Assembly (NCBI RefSeq): GCF_006345805.1
Contig: NC_042999.1
Coordinates: forward strand, 146,444,001 to 146,508,000
Length of the DNA: 64,000 nucleotides
Direction of reading: 5' to 3'
Source: Octopus sinensis
Lineage: Eukaryota
The position numbers and the translations under genes are program-made. Below, piece after piece: positions 28,710 through 42,000 of the stretch. Below the pieces are notes generated by a model. It searched no databases. It saw only the letters and a program-made list of their open reading frames with translations, and was not told the DNA's origin. The stretch's first letter is position 1. The number at the start of each line of letters is the position of its first letter.

Positions 28710-29519
28710 ATCACCTAATATAAAATAACATGTATGTATATATGCACACGCACGTATATGTATGTATTTACGTACGTACGTATATATGTATCTATCTATG
28801 TATGTATATATGTACGTACGTACGTAGTATGTATGTTTGTATGTATGTTTGTATGTATGTTTGTATGTATGTATGTATACGTATAAGTACCGACACTTAC
28901 ATTTCATATATACATTATCCAAAGGTTATAAAGTAAGATTGACGTAAAAAGATATACATAATAGATTCATTGTATTACGGGTGGATTACAGTTCGTAAAT
29001 CGGATTATATATTTCAAACATATGAAAGCGAATTTTCGAAACCTTCAACCTCAATGATTCTTAAAAATCTTGCCACTAATAGTGCAAATATAAAGAACGA
29101 CTCATCGAGGATATAAATTTAATAAGCTTGATAAACCACTGATGGGATTAACTAAATTATTTCTGAATAGTTGCTTCGATTCCAACACAGAACTTTAAGT
29201 GTTAAGCATTTGATGAAGGGATCATATTATTCATCGTTTATTCAGAAAAGTAGATATAGAAATAAATAAATATATTAAATAGTTTGATTTCTTATGATTT
29301 TGTCGAAACCACAATATACTAGACGGGAGTGTGATGTGAATGGGTTTCTCTGGGCTATACATACATATGTAACTACACACGTGCTGTTGGTGAATTTTTT
29401 ACTTCTTGGACATTTGCCTTTTTCTTTTCCTACGAAGAGCAATGCGCAAAACGTAAAAAAATCTCCCTTTTTAATGAGCGCCAAACTAATACTTTCCTTG
29501 TGCACATCCCCTTGTTGTT

Positions 29520-29890
29520 TGTTTCCTCAGGCTTAGCGAAGGCGGAGGTATTGTTTTTCAGTCGTGTTTGTTTGTCCATGGACACGATATCTCAAGAACC
29601 GCTGGTTGGATTCGGATGAAACTTTCAGGGATATTTGGGCTCATAACGGGCACGAATTGATTCGATTTTGAGATTTATGCGGTACCGGACTAGGATTCTG
29701 GATTATTTTCCCTGTTATTTTTACATAATGTTTGAGAGCGGCCGGGTTCACTTTTAGTATTCCCGTTTGTGAGAGCAGTCGAGTTTATTTAAGATATTTT
29801 CATTTTAAAAATCATCTTTGGCTATTCGTTGAGAGGACGTTAGTGTTACCTTGGAGGAAGTTTGCGCTCCTTCAGTGCTCTCGTTATTGT
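29520..29890 (+). mobile_element. Helentron-associated non-autonomous element (HINE-like)
   Basis: 5' subterminal hairpin cctc(a)ggc..ggcggagg, short (gttt)n, 3' ggaggaagt and terminal hairpin gcgctc..agtgc. An inverted second copy lies at 48369-48741. Confidence 0.65.
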
Positions 29891-30013
29891 TAACTTTATT
29901 GCTCGTTTATTTGATTTGACAATATATGTGTGTGTGTATTTATGTATGAGTATGTATAGATACACATATATACATAGACAACACATACACATATACGTAT
30001 ATATAAGTATGCA

Positions 30014-30071
<58 letters not shown>

Positions 30072-30133
30072 ATATATATATATGAATATAAATAAATAAA
30101 TATAAATATAAATAAATAAATAGAGCGAGCGAG

Positions 30134-30245
<112 letters not shown>

Positions 30246-30519
30246 TGAGGAAGTGTGAAAAAACAGCAAATCGACCCATTAATTGCTCGGTACTTTATGT
30301 ATTAACCCCGGTATAGTGAGAGACAGTCATCATGGTGAAATTTGAACTGAGTGCAAACACGAAGAGCAAATAACCCAAATGATTCATTTTGACATTCTAA
30401 CGACTCCGCTAACTCACCACACCGACGGTGGAGGTATGTTTAAGCATATACATATATGCATTTTTTGCGTCGGTTTATACATGGAAGAATCTTGCTTTGC
30501 TCTGTACCCTATTTTCTAT

Positions 30520-31070
30520 CTGTTACTGGCTTCCGTCATTAGTCATCAGTCATGCTGAGGCAACACCTTGAAAAACTTTAGTGGAACGAATCGACTCCAA
30601 TAGTTAGTTTCCATGTTTTTTTAAGCCTGGTACTTATTCTATTCGTCTCTTTTTTGTCGAACTGCCAAGTTACGGGCACGTAAATACACCAACACCGGTT
30701 GTCAAGAGATCTGAGACAAAATGCGTGGCACCTTGGGCAAGTGCTTTTTACTATAGCCTCGGGTCGAACAAAGCCTTGTGAGTGATTTGGTAGACGGAAA
30801 CTGAAAGAAGCCTGTCGTATATATGTATATATGTGTATGTATGTTGTGTATATGTTTGTATGTCTGTGTTTGTCCCCCAACATCCTTTGACAACCGATGC
30901 TGGTGTGTCTACGTTAACTTAGCGGTTCGGCAAAAGAGACCATTAGAATAAGTACTAGGCTTACAAAGAAAAGTCCTGGGGCCGATTTGCTCGACTAAAA
31001 GCGGTGCTCCAGCATGGCCACAGTAACATGACTGAAACAAGTAAAAGAGTAAAAAGGGTAAAGAGTAAAC
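30520..31070. mobile_element. Back-to-back SINE family A pieces (minus-strand tail 30520-30710; plus-strand copy 30722-31070)
   Basis: Similarity to 20172-20580 in opposite orientations. Confidence 0.8.
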
Positions 31071-32653
31071 AAAAAACCCAAAACAAAGCAAAACAAAAAG
31101 TAACAAAATTTAAAAACAAGCATAAACACTGCACTGATATGTTTTCAGTTACATGCAGCAGAAACCATTACAATAGGTATGCAGAAGCCAGACTAATTGG
31201 CGTCCCCCAGTGGAGTGTATTGTAATCTCTTGAATGTCACTGCAACCTCCATGTTCTTAACTACCCAAAGAAGATCAGAAAAATTTGAAATGGATCGAGA
31301 TGATTGAGCTAAAAAAGAAAAAGAGACTGTAGAAGATTCTAGCTGATAGAGAAAGCCGCCTCTGATAGCGATTATATCAGCATAATATACAAGAGTGAAA
31401 TGCATTTTTTCTTTCTCGTAACATTACAGATATTTCATTTTACTACTATCACAAAATTCGATTCTCATACAGCGATGCCAGTTAATTCTATTTGAAGACA
31501 CATATGTCGTGTTCCATAGAAACTTATTGTTATGGTTTGCTTCTTGTTGCAGACTAAAATCATGCGATAAAACAACGATGAAGAGAAATTCAACATTTAC
31601 TGTGAAGCAAACCTAGTTTTATCTATAAATGTTGCCAAAAACATCATTTCGAATCGATCCACATCATTTACCTAACACTAAAATCATATCAACTTTTATA
31701 GAAAACTAATTCCATACGAATGTTTAGTCCCAAGTTCTACTTTATTGTAAGAGATACACTGAAAATTTCCACTTCACATAGCATATCAGCCACATCATCT
31801 CCGCCCCCGCTTTTTCTCTCGTTCTTCTGTGTTAGAAGATAAAGAATACTTTAAGTGCTGTCGTTGTTTGCAGCGTTAAGTGGTTTTACTTTCAGGTGCA
31901 CTTTTACAATTACTAAAATGTGCGGTTTGAGGACTAAGGATATTGGCTTCGTACGCAACATTGTACAAGCATCAAGATGCCCACCACTAATCATGATGAT
32001 GATAGATAATCGAGTCATTTAATTGTACTGTTGCTGGAAGGAAAACTATATGTTACTCATGACGCATCTCCATCCAGCACCGATAGTCTCCATCGCAACC
32101 TCAAGAGAATCTCCTTATCAAATTCATAAGCTCTATTTTAATGAACATTTAGCCTTTGACTTTCGGAGTCTTCATTCACAAAGTCCAAACTTTTCTGGAA
32201 AAGTTTGAGAAAATAAGCAAAGAACAGAATCACGTGACTGTAAAACGTTTTAGACTTAAAACAATGTGATAGTTATTTTAGTAATTGTGGATTAGCAAAA
32301 TCGTTGAACCATCGGGAATTTGCCTTGCAGTATTTTGTGATATCGTTTTATGTTCATAGATCAAATCCCGCAGGTGCCAAATTTTGTATTTCCTGTTTCC
32401 CATTATAACCGTTCACGAAAACTGACTTGTAGGCACGTGGTATTTCGTTGTGCAACCATATTATACTACAAAGTATATTAAATGTTTTTATGAGTCAACA
32501 CCACGTTTCTACTGTGTTAGCAGTGTTCTTTACATTATTTTGTTAAGGTTATTTTTACAGAAATTATAGCCAGCACTGATTCTTTTGGTACAGCATTTCG
32601 TATTGAGATGTCAGATGTAAACAAACAATGAGCTCGGAGACTAAAATGAGTAA

Positions 32654-32704
32654 TGAGTGTATATGCCATATTTCGAGGGTCTTTTCCCCCTTCATCAGCA
32701 CCCA
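32654..32704 (-). ncRNA. Minimal type I hammerhead ribozyme (Penelope-type)
   Basis: Minus strand: tgggtg-CTGATGA-a-ggggg-aaaaga-ccctc-GAA-atatggcatat-A-cactca. Stems I, II and III all pair. A TATA-like tatataag lies about 30 nt upstream. Confidence 0.78.
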
Positions 32705-33134
32705 CCTAACCCACCCTTCCCTCCGAACACATTGCTTATATAGCTACCCAATAACTTATCACGCTGTATGAAGTGGCTATATAAATAATTGCTAATTTAA
32801 TCCAGAATATCCCGCCTTAACAAGAAAGTGGGACTTCTTTTGTCAATGCCAGGAATCAATACTGACATTTAAACAGCATTTATTTGCGTAAAAAAAAATA
32901 TTGTATATTATTTTGATTGATGATGTTCCATTCCTAGTCACGCCTGTTTCAGCAGGACGAAATATCAAAGATGTTGCAAGTATAACCATTTCATCTTTTC
33001 TACACGATAAGAATATGCAGCACCCTTTTCTTAAGACGCACGATAAGAATATGCAGCGCCCTTTTCTTAGTATACCATCTGAAAGAAAATTTTAACTGAC
33101 TTTTCTCTCTGACAATGACAGTGAATTGGCAGAA

Positions 33135-33560
33135 TACGAGGGTCAGCTGAAAGGTTCATAGGCTTTCTAAGGTTCTCTTATGGAATGTTACCAAACGAGG
33201 TTTGTTTTTCAATATGATACCCCTTGCGTTCCACACACTTCTTCTATCGGTGTTGTAGTGCTTGGATCCTATTGGTGCAGAAGGTTTCATTAAGTTGATA
33301 AAAAAGTCACCAGCTCCAGATGTAACGTCATTATCACTGCAATACTGCATCCTAGCCAAGAGTTGTTGTTTTTTTCATTTTGGGGAACAGGTAGTTAGTT
33401 GGGGCCAAATCAGCAGAAGAGGGAGGAGATCAATGAGCTCAAATCCAAAGTCATGTACAAAAAGCCATTCAAGCCAAGCACGTATGTGCTGGACCATTGT
33501 CTTGATGAGACAACCCCTATCGCCAGTTTTCCTGGGCGTTTGACTTTGACAGCCTTTCGT
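33135..33560 (-). mobile_element. Mariner 3' fragment: transposase catalytic C-terminus and right TIR
   Basis: TIR tacgagggtcagctgaaag. Minus-strand relics KRPGKL..GV, SADLAPTNYLFPKMKK (YSPDLAP motif) and GIQALQHR*KKCVERKG. Confidence 0.85.
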
Positions 33561-34371
33561 AAGGAACCTGCCCCAACCTGCTTGAAGGCTCGGATTTCCT
33601 TTTCAAACAAGGACAGAGGTTCACAATTAAAACCAGCTTCCCTTGTGCCTCTGAGAACCTAATTTATGTAATAACCTGCTTGGGTTGCGTTCACAACTAT
33701 ATTGGACAAACGAGTATGACTTTGAGAAAGAGAACCACTCGACATAAAGAGCAATCCGTTTCCCGCAATACAGACAAATTCCTCTCATTGAACATACAGA
33801 AAAATGTGCAGATAACATCAAACCAAATTTCACAGTCTTCCCTTTCTACCAGTGCTAAGACACAATCTAGAAAGTTTAAATAAAGGAACTTTTTACATTG
33901 AAAAATACAAATACGTCTTAATATGCACGCATAACCAACTTTTATCTTTTTACATATTCCAATTCATGATTACATCACTGTACATAAATCCCCTCACTAA
34001 ACAAGGTTTTTGAAATTTGTCTCTGTCTGTACACATATATATTCCACTCCCTTTACCGAAAGCTGAACAGTTATCTCCCTTACCCACAACAATAACGATA
34101 ATAACGACAACCAATTACCTCCCTTTATTTATCTACTTGTGAAGTCATTCACTCGTGAATTTCATCACACACAACATGGACCAAATTTTTTAAGAAAAAA
34201 ATATATATTCAAATAAGTAAAACATAATATCACGAATAGCGATAGCGAAACCGGTCGATATATTAAAAATTATATTAAAACTATGTAAGTGTGCGTATTT
34301 TCTATTTTTAATTTCTTATATACATTACAACTCACCAACGTGGGGATAATCGAAATTCCTCTTTTCTGCTA

Positions 34372-34376
<5 letters not shown>
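33561..34376 (+). mobile_element. 3' fragment of a Penelope-like element (GIY-YIG endonuclease remnant, 3' UTR, hammerhead-like motif)
   Basis: Reads ...TCPNLLEGSDFLFKQGQRFTIKTSFPCASENLIYVITCLGCVHNYIGQTSMTLRKRTTRHKEQ (LIY..C..C...YIGQT...R...H GIY-YIG signature). After a frameshift it continues IRFPQYRQIPLIEHTEKC. It has gaaaccggtc at 34247 and ends in (TA)n. Confidence 0.85.
34227..34261 (+). ncRNA. Minimal hammerhead-like motif with variant core
   Basis: atatc-ACGAATA-gc-gata-gc-GAA-accggt-C-gatat. Stems are intact and the triplet is GUC, but the core deviates from CUGANGA. Confidence 0.55.
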
Positions 34377-34450
<74 letters not shown>

Positions 34451-34842
34451 ATACATATATACATGCATACATAAACGTATACAGCACAAACAAGCTCATA
34501 TACACATCACATACATATGAAAGCACGGACAGTCTAACTATCCACGTAGTCTTTTACGTTATTAAAACATGTTTTCGGCTGCTGCTGGCGTAGTCGTGGT
34601 CGTTTATAAAGAAATTTCCAAGGATGGGTACGAGAAGCTTTGGTATTGTTATATTCAAGCCAAAGCCACTGTACCGATCTTTGGACACTCTTTTATTCTT
34701 ATACAGAAGTGCTGCCTCATTTTGTTTGGTGCCAATTCATGTCACCTACATCATCTATCCAGTTTGTATATATTTAATATTGTATGTAATTATGTATGTA
34801 TGTATGTATGTATGTATGTATGTATGTATGTATGTATGTATG

Positions 34843-34876
<34 letters not shown>

Positions 34877-35192
34877 TGTATGTATGTGTGTGTGTGTATG
34901 TATGTGCGTATGTATTTGAGCGTATGTATGTTTATGTAAATATATGCATGTGTGTGTCTATGTGTGAGTGTATTTGTGTGTGTGTGTCTCTGTGTGTGCC
35001 TGTGTGTGTGCTTGTATGTGCCTGTGTTTATGTGTGTGTCGTGTCAAAATTGTGTTGATATTTAATCGACAACAGTTGAGCATGTTTATGTCTATTCTGT
35101 GACTTTCCTTTGTTTTCCAATAAATTCTTTTACGTCATTCTGTGCGGCACTTTCAGTAAATATACACACATACATATACTATACATATACAT

Positions 35193-35238
<46 letters not shown>

Positions 35239-35306
35239 AATGTTTGTGTATACACAAATATACATACAGATAAACGCACACACACACATAAGCGCACACA
35301 AACGCT

Positions 35307-35383
<77 letters not shown>

Positions 35384-35385
<2 letters not shown>

Positions 35386-35675
35386 TAGAAAAGAGTGAAA
35401 AAACTATAGAAGGCTTGTTTTATAAGGCTAAAAAATATTTAAGTCGTTATGTTAGAAAAATGTTATAAAATTTTGTGCATAGTAACATAGTTTTTGGAGA
35501 AATAACCGGTCTCCAAAAACTATGTTACTATACACAAAATTTTATAAAATCTTTCTAACATAACGACTTAAATATATTCTTTAACCTTATAAAACAAGCC
35601 TTTTGTAGTTTTTTCACTCTTTTCTATTTTTTATACATCCAACCACTTGCTTTCACACACCAACTTTCTTACCTA
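35384..35675 (+). mobile_element. Fold-back fragment (about 117-bp inverted arms) flanked by TA repeats, probably the 3' end of a Penelope-like element
   Basis: 35384-35500 is the inverse of 35510-35628. The spacer contains accggtc, the same stem III and cleavage motif seen at 34250-34256. Confidence 0.6.
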
Positions 35676-36739
35676 TATATATATGTATACGCGTGCATTC
35701 GTAGATCAACTTAACTACAGGTAAGTGTTCATGTTGTTGACAGTGGCTAATGCAGTACGTAAAAAATTACCTGAAGATTTATTTTCAAACAAGAAAGTAC
35801 TTGTAAAATTACAGATATGTAAAGTTTCAAATATAAGATGTGAAAATGGAGGGATGTTGGAATTTGATTGTCTAACATATTATCCGTACACAATTCCATA
35901 GAGCTTGAACTATACATACATACATACATACGTACATACATACATACATAATACATACATACATACATGCATACATACATACACACATACATACACACAT
36001 ACATACATACATACATACAGACATACATAAATACATACATATATACATACTTATTCAGGTACACATATACATGCACAATACCCAAAGACACAGACAAATG
36101 TATCTATGCACATATTTATCGTATTTATTTATGAATTGAAACTATTTGTTTTCCTATTTTACAAATTTCATTAAAAAAAACCCAGTCGCATCAATACTAA
36201 GTGGAAATGATATCGATTAATGCAGAGTTGTAGACTTTAATTTAAATCGCAGCGTTCTGTTGATAGAATTTTCTAAAAAATAAATACCATTCGTAATAAA
36301 CGGAAACAAACTACTGAAGAGTAAACCATCTTAATAAACATATTTGTAAAATCGAAACCAATTTGCATGCTGCCATCATTTGCAAAAATCAATACAGCAA
36401 CTTCAATATTTGCTAATTTTCTGATATATATTCTCCGTTTAGTTTCAAATTTTCGAGTCGAATTTCCTCTGTCTTATGGATTACAGTATACCCTAAAAAA
36501 ACTTGCTGTTGCGTATAGAAAGATAGAAAATTTGGTGGAAGCCTAATCCATGTTATTTCTTTATAACAAGTAAGATTTAACCTCAGGAATAAAGGCTATG
36601 ATATTTCCTCTTTGAAGCAATAATCATGCTAGTGTAAACAACTGTATATGTTATGTTGTAAAGCTTTGATACATACATACATACATACATACATACATAC
36701 ATACATACATACATACATACATACATAATACACACACAC

Positions 36740-36772
<33 letters not shown>

Positions 36773-36789
36773 AACACATACACACATAT

Positions 36790-37079
36790 ATATTGATAAA
36801 AATGGTAAAACAACAACAGAAAGAAAGAGATCTCGATATTATGTAAATAGAGGAATTTATCTGTAAATGTAATATGTGACAATTATTCGGTACCCATGAT
36901 AGAACTCTGAGTTTCGGATGCCGAGGTGGAAATCCACGCCGCCATCTCTTCACTTATCCAGCCATCGGAAAAATTAATTTTTCATAGCATTTTTCCAATG
37001 GCCGAATAACTGGAGAGATGGCGGCGTGGATTTCCACCTCGGCATCCGAAACACGGAGATTTATCATGGCTACCGAATA

Positions 37080-37082
<3 letters not shown>
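36790..37082 (-). mobile_element. Fold-back Penelope/retrozyme-like fragment with a degenerate hammerhead in both arms
   Basis: Arms 36881-36972 and 36991-37082 are inverted copies. Their consensus gives gataa-CTGAAGA-gatg...catc-c-GAA-actc(a/g)gagt-N-ttatc. The right end abuts (TA)n. Confidence 0.65.
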
Positions 37083-37123
<41 letters not shown>

Positions 37124-37569
37124 TATAATATATATATATATACTAACATTGGCATATAGCGTACATAAATGCATGCATATAGATGCATGTATATTTCTCT
37201 CTGTCTGTCTCTCTCTCTCTCTCCACACACACACATATACATTGTAAACCATATACGACTAAACACACACATATACACTTACACGCACACATATATCAAG
37301 AAGTGTAACGACTAAAGAACTTGGGACGGCTTTTGGGAATCTAACAGAGGGCAGCACTGGACAGATGTGGTGTTTTTACGCCTTTTTACCATAAGATAGA
37401 GTTCTTTCTCCATGATAATTGCAGTGAATTTGCCATTGGAGGGTTGGGTATGTCACAAACTTAAGCACTGCTTGCCGCTGTTACTGTTGTAATTGTTTCC
37501 GATCTGGTGGTCTAATGGTGCAACTCAGTAATTTTTGTCGACCGTGCTTCAGCATTTTTATCTCCACAT

Positions 37570-37870
37570 GTTTGTTCCCTCTTGAGCCATGCTTGGCTCA
37601 TAAGGGCTGTTTTCCCGGTTTTATCGGCGCATAGGTTTCCCACTTGGACGGGACATCGGTCCGTCTCAGGTGAGCTGTTAGATGCGGGAGGAAAGATTGA
37701 GAGAAAGTTGTGGCAAAAGAGTCAGCAGAAGTTTGCCATTACCTTCTGCCGGAGCAGTGTGGAGCTTAGGTTTTTCGCTCATAAACACACGTCACCTGGA
37801 CTGAGATTCGAACCCGTAATCACTCGAATGTGAATCCGCTGCTCTAACCACTAGGCCATGTGCCTCCACT
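37570..37870 (-). mobile_element. tRNA-derived SINE, family E
   Basis: Head gtggaggcacatggcctagtggttagagcagc...ggttcgaatc; second copy at 63563-63840. Confidence 0.85.
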
Positions 37871-38031
37871 TTGTCTCCACGTACATACTTCTAAATAGAT
37901 TTTCCATGCATGCGACATTAATTCGTTAACACTAACTTAGTTCACTTATCAGGTGGTCACAATCTTCCTGATATTTTATTCCAGTAAAATTATTCCCTAC
38001 ATGTGACGTCATGACATCACCAGCCACGTCA

Positions 38032-38307
<276 letters not shown>

Positions 38308-38532
38308 TTAATATACAAAGGTTAATGAAATAACAAAGGAGGAATCAATACATTCAAAGATAAAGTTTTTAATTTCTATGTAATGCCTCCGACAGTTTTA
38401 CAATGATTTCAAAACGAAAGAAACGTCAATAGAGACTAACAGAAATTTGGTTCAAAACATGTTATATACTGAAGTGAAAAACCGTTTGGATTGATAAATC
38501 ATTAAAAAAAAAGGTGGGCACAAACACCTTTC

Positions 38533-38663
<131 letters not shown>

Positions 38664-38667
38664 GTCT

Positions 38668-41545
38668 AGCAAAGCACTAGCCATAGATAGAAATAGAGTA
38701 GAGGGTGAGCTAGTTAAGAAGCTAGAAGAGGCAATTAGAAGCGGCATCGCATCCGACGTTTGGCGGCGAGGTTGGCCCTCGACCAACACTTCAACGCCAA
38801 ACACGAAGGATGTGCTGTCAGAGCTAGGATGCGTGCTCTAAGGAACGAAGTGTTGGAGCCGCGAGAGAGGCCCGGTGGCAGAGGCGCAACAGGGCAACAA
38901 AGCCACCATTCGGTCACTGGTAGATGAACAGGGGCGCGAATTGCTCGAGCCAAGTAAAATGTGTGAGGCCTTTCAGCAGCATTTTGCCCGACTGTTCGGA
39001 ACGAGTGGAGGGCAAGAACGTAGGGTGGACTTCAGTGCCTACCTACATAGCCTACCACGACTCTCGACAAGAAAGGCAGGGTGCTGCGAAGGTGCCATCA
39101 CGGCGGCGGAAGTGCGGGAAGCGATGGCAGAATGCTCGAGGGACAAATCACCGGGTTTGGATGGTCTACCCTACGAGCTTTACAATTGTATGCCAGACTT
39201 GTTTGGGAGATCTCTTGGCGGCGGTGTACTGCAACTGGCAGCAAAACGGGAGCATTCCTGGTTTTGTGAGCCGAGGAGCCGTAACACTGCTGAAGAAAGA
39301 TCTAAACAAGGGAAATGTAATAGATAACTTTAGGCCCATCACTCTGCTTAATGCAGACTTGAAAATTTTGGCCAAGGTGCTAGCCAAGAGGTTGGCGCTT
39401 GTCATCGAGAAACTGGTCGACAAGGCGCAAACATGCGCCGTGCCAGGCCGGACCATCCATGACAACCTCCATCTGATGCGCTACATCATAGACAGGGTAG
39501 TTAACGAACCTGGCATGGGTGGGGCCCTGATCAACTTGGATCAATCAAAAGCCTTTGATAGGGTAGACCATCGATACTTGGAGGCAGTCCTGAGAGCGGC
39601 TGGTTTCGGTCCCGTCTTCCGCGGCTGGATAGCTGCCTTGTACAGAGGCATCCGTTCGGTAATTCGCGTAAATGGACATCTATCGAGACCTTTCGACATT
39701 GCACGTTCGGTCCGTCAGGGATGCCCCCTCTCGCGCTTCTATACGTATTGACTCTTGAGCCACTACTGCGGAAGCTGGCGACTCTAAGGGGCATCCCGCG
39801 AGAATTGGGATGCGGGACGAGCGTGTCTGCATACGCGGACGACGTCACCGTCATAGTGTCTAGCCACGAGCACTCGAGCTGGTCGGCGAGACACTGAAAA
39901 ACTACGAAGCGGTGACAGGAGCGAAAATCAACCGGGAAAAGTCAGTGGGCTTGCGACTAGGCACCTGGAGAAGCAAGCCCATGCCGTCCACCAGCGCCTC
40001 CGTCGTGGGACGCTGGACCGACGGCCCGGTTGAGTTGCTCGGGGTCTGGTTTGGTCCGGACCTCCAAGTGGAGAAGAACTGGAACGAGATAACGAGTAGG
40101 GTGGTGACTCTCGCCCGGCAATGGGCCGAGAGGAAACTGTCCCTAAAAGGTCGAGCGGAGGTGGCGAACACGTACATCGCGTCCGTCATCTACTACCGCC
40201 TGACCGTCGTACCTTGTCCCGACCCTACCATCACCAAACTACACCATCCTCTTTCGCTTCTTGTGGAAAGGATGCGTCCCGATGGTCAGGCGATCCATTT
40301 GCTGTCAACACCCGTTAAAAGGAGGGCTGGCATGCCGTGGTTGATGATGCGCAGACACGCGCTGAACTGCGACATCTCTGGCTCTATGTAGACGACGGTG
40401 AACAGGTGTGGTCGCCGTTTGTGAGGCACGCTTTCCCGCAGCTCGTCTCCATGACCGAACTGCAGTCGTGGATCAAAAAGAGGCCGAGGAAGGGCGAATG
40501 GCACCGCGAGTGTCGCGTTGCTCTCAAGCAACTCTGCCGTCCTGGGTCGACCTTAAGTGACTTCAACACAACCAAAGCATTCTATAGGGGTTTAGTGGAG
40601 GGGAGGTACGACGACGAGCTCGGGGCGAACCTGGACGTCGACGAGGAGTACCTGCCCGCCTGTTCGGGACGACTTCGGGCCAGGCCCATGGACAACTTCC
40701 AGAGATCCCTGGCCTGGCATGTGCTACCGAGAAGCGCTACCCGTTCGGGATAAGCTCTACAGACACGGCTCGAGAACACGGGCCGACCTGCCCGAGATGC
40801 GGTCAGAGCGACGAAACCGTTCTGCACGCACTCGTTCAGTGTCCAACAATTTCCGACCTGTGGCTTATGTCGAACAACTGCTGTCACGTGTGGACGAGTC
40901 GGTTTATCAGCTGAGTCTATCGTCAATATTGTCACGCCTCCTTCCTTCAAACGGGAAGGAAGAGCTATTTCATCATCATCCTTGTGGCTATGGCGAAAGA
41001 ATGTATCTGGTGGACGCGTCTGAAAGGATTGGAGGACAAACTTCCTCTCTGGTCAATCTCTCATCAACTTCTTCAAGTACCACTTGAAAAGGAAAGTGAG
41101 AGTAGAGAGGCAAGTTTTGTCTAGCGAATGTTTTAAAAAAAGATGGTGAATGTGCAAGAATGGCACGTATGAATGACGAAGCCACCTTGAGCATAGTCCT
41201 ATGAACCCAGAAATCGAAAACAGAGAGTTACTTATTTGCAAAAAAAAAAAAAAAAAAAAAAGAAATATAAAATGTGACTTCATTGACCGAGGTTACCGTG
41301 GTCTTTTCCGTAGGCTTTCTTTCCACGGGTAAACCTCACCTGTCCTCCCCTTTACACTTCATATTGAATTTCTGTGATACGACCCTATCCCTATTGATCA
41401 TTTTTTTTTTTTTTTTTTTTTTTTTTGTTTTTTTTTTTTCCTCTCCCCCTTTTTTTTTTTTTTTTTTTTTTTTTCCCCCCCCTTTTTTTGTCCTCTTTCT
41501 CTCTTTTACGATCCCTTTGGATTGAACCTCCCCCTTCTAATTTTT

Positions 41546-41612
<67 letters not shown>

Positions 41613-41688
41613 AATACCTTCAAAAGAAAGCTCTACCTTGTAATTTGTTCTATCTGTGTGCAGCCCTGTGTGGCTATAAAGAAACATA
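38668..41688 (+). mobile_element. 5'-truncated Tx1/L1-clade LINE (ORF2 RT and C-terminal zinc knuckle, frameshifted), inserted in a (TCTA)n microsatellite
   Basis: KSPGLDGLPYELY; NFRPITLLNADLKILAKVLAKRL; DQSKAFDRVDHRYL; SVRQGCPLS; SAYADDVTV; GAKINREKS; CPRCGQSDETVLHALVQC. GC-rich relative to flanks, with (TCTA)n on both sides. Confidence 0.92.
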
Positions 41689-41735
41689 TCTATATAATCT
41701 ATCTATCTATATATCTATCTATCTATCTATATATA

Positions 41736-41766
<31 letters not shown>

Positions 41767-41964
41767 ATCTATCTATATCTATATATATCTATCTATCTAT
41801 ATCTATCTATCTATATCTATCTATTATTATATCTATACTATATCTATTTATCTATATCTTATATATATATATATATCTATATCTATCTATATATATATAT
41901 CATCTATATCTACTAATATATATCTATCTATATCTATCTAAATCTATCTATCTATATCTATCTA

Positions 41965-42000
<36 letters not shown>

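Noticed and set aside
31190-31225. GVPQWSVL, resembling the RT motif GVPQGS
   Set aside because: Isolated motif with no neighbouring RT motifs in register.
41400-41610. Long poly-T runs giving poly-K and poly-F ORFs
   Set aside because: Low-complexity LINE 3' UTR, probably inflated by homopolymer sequencing error.
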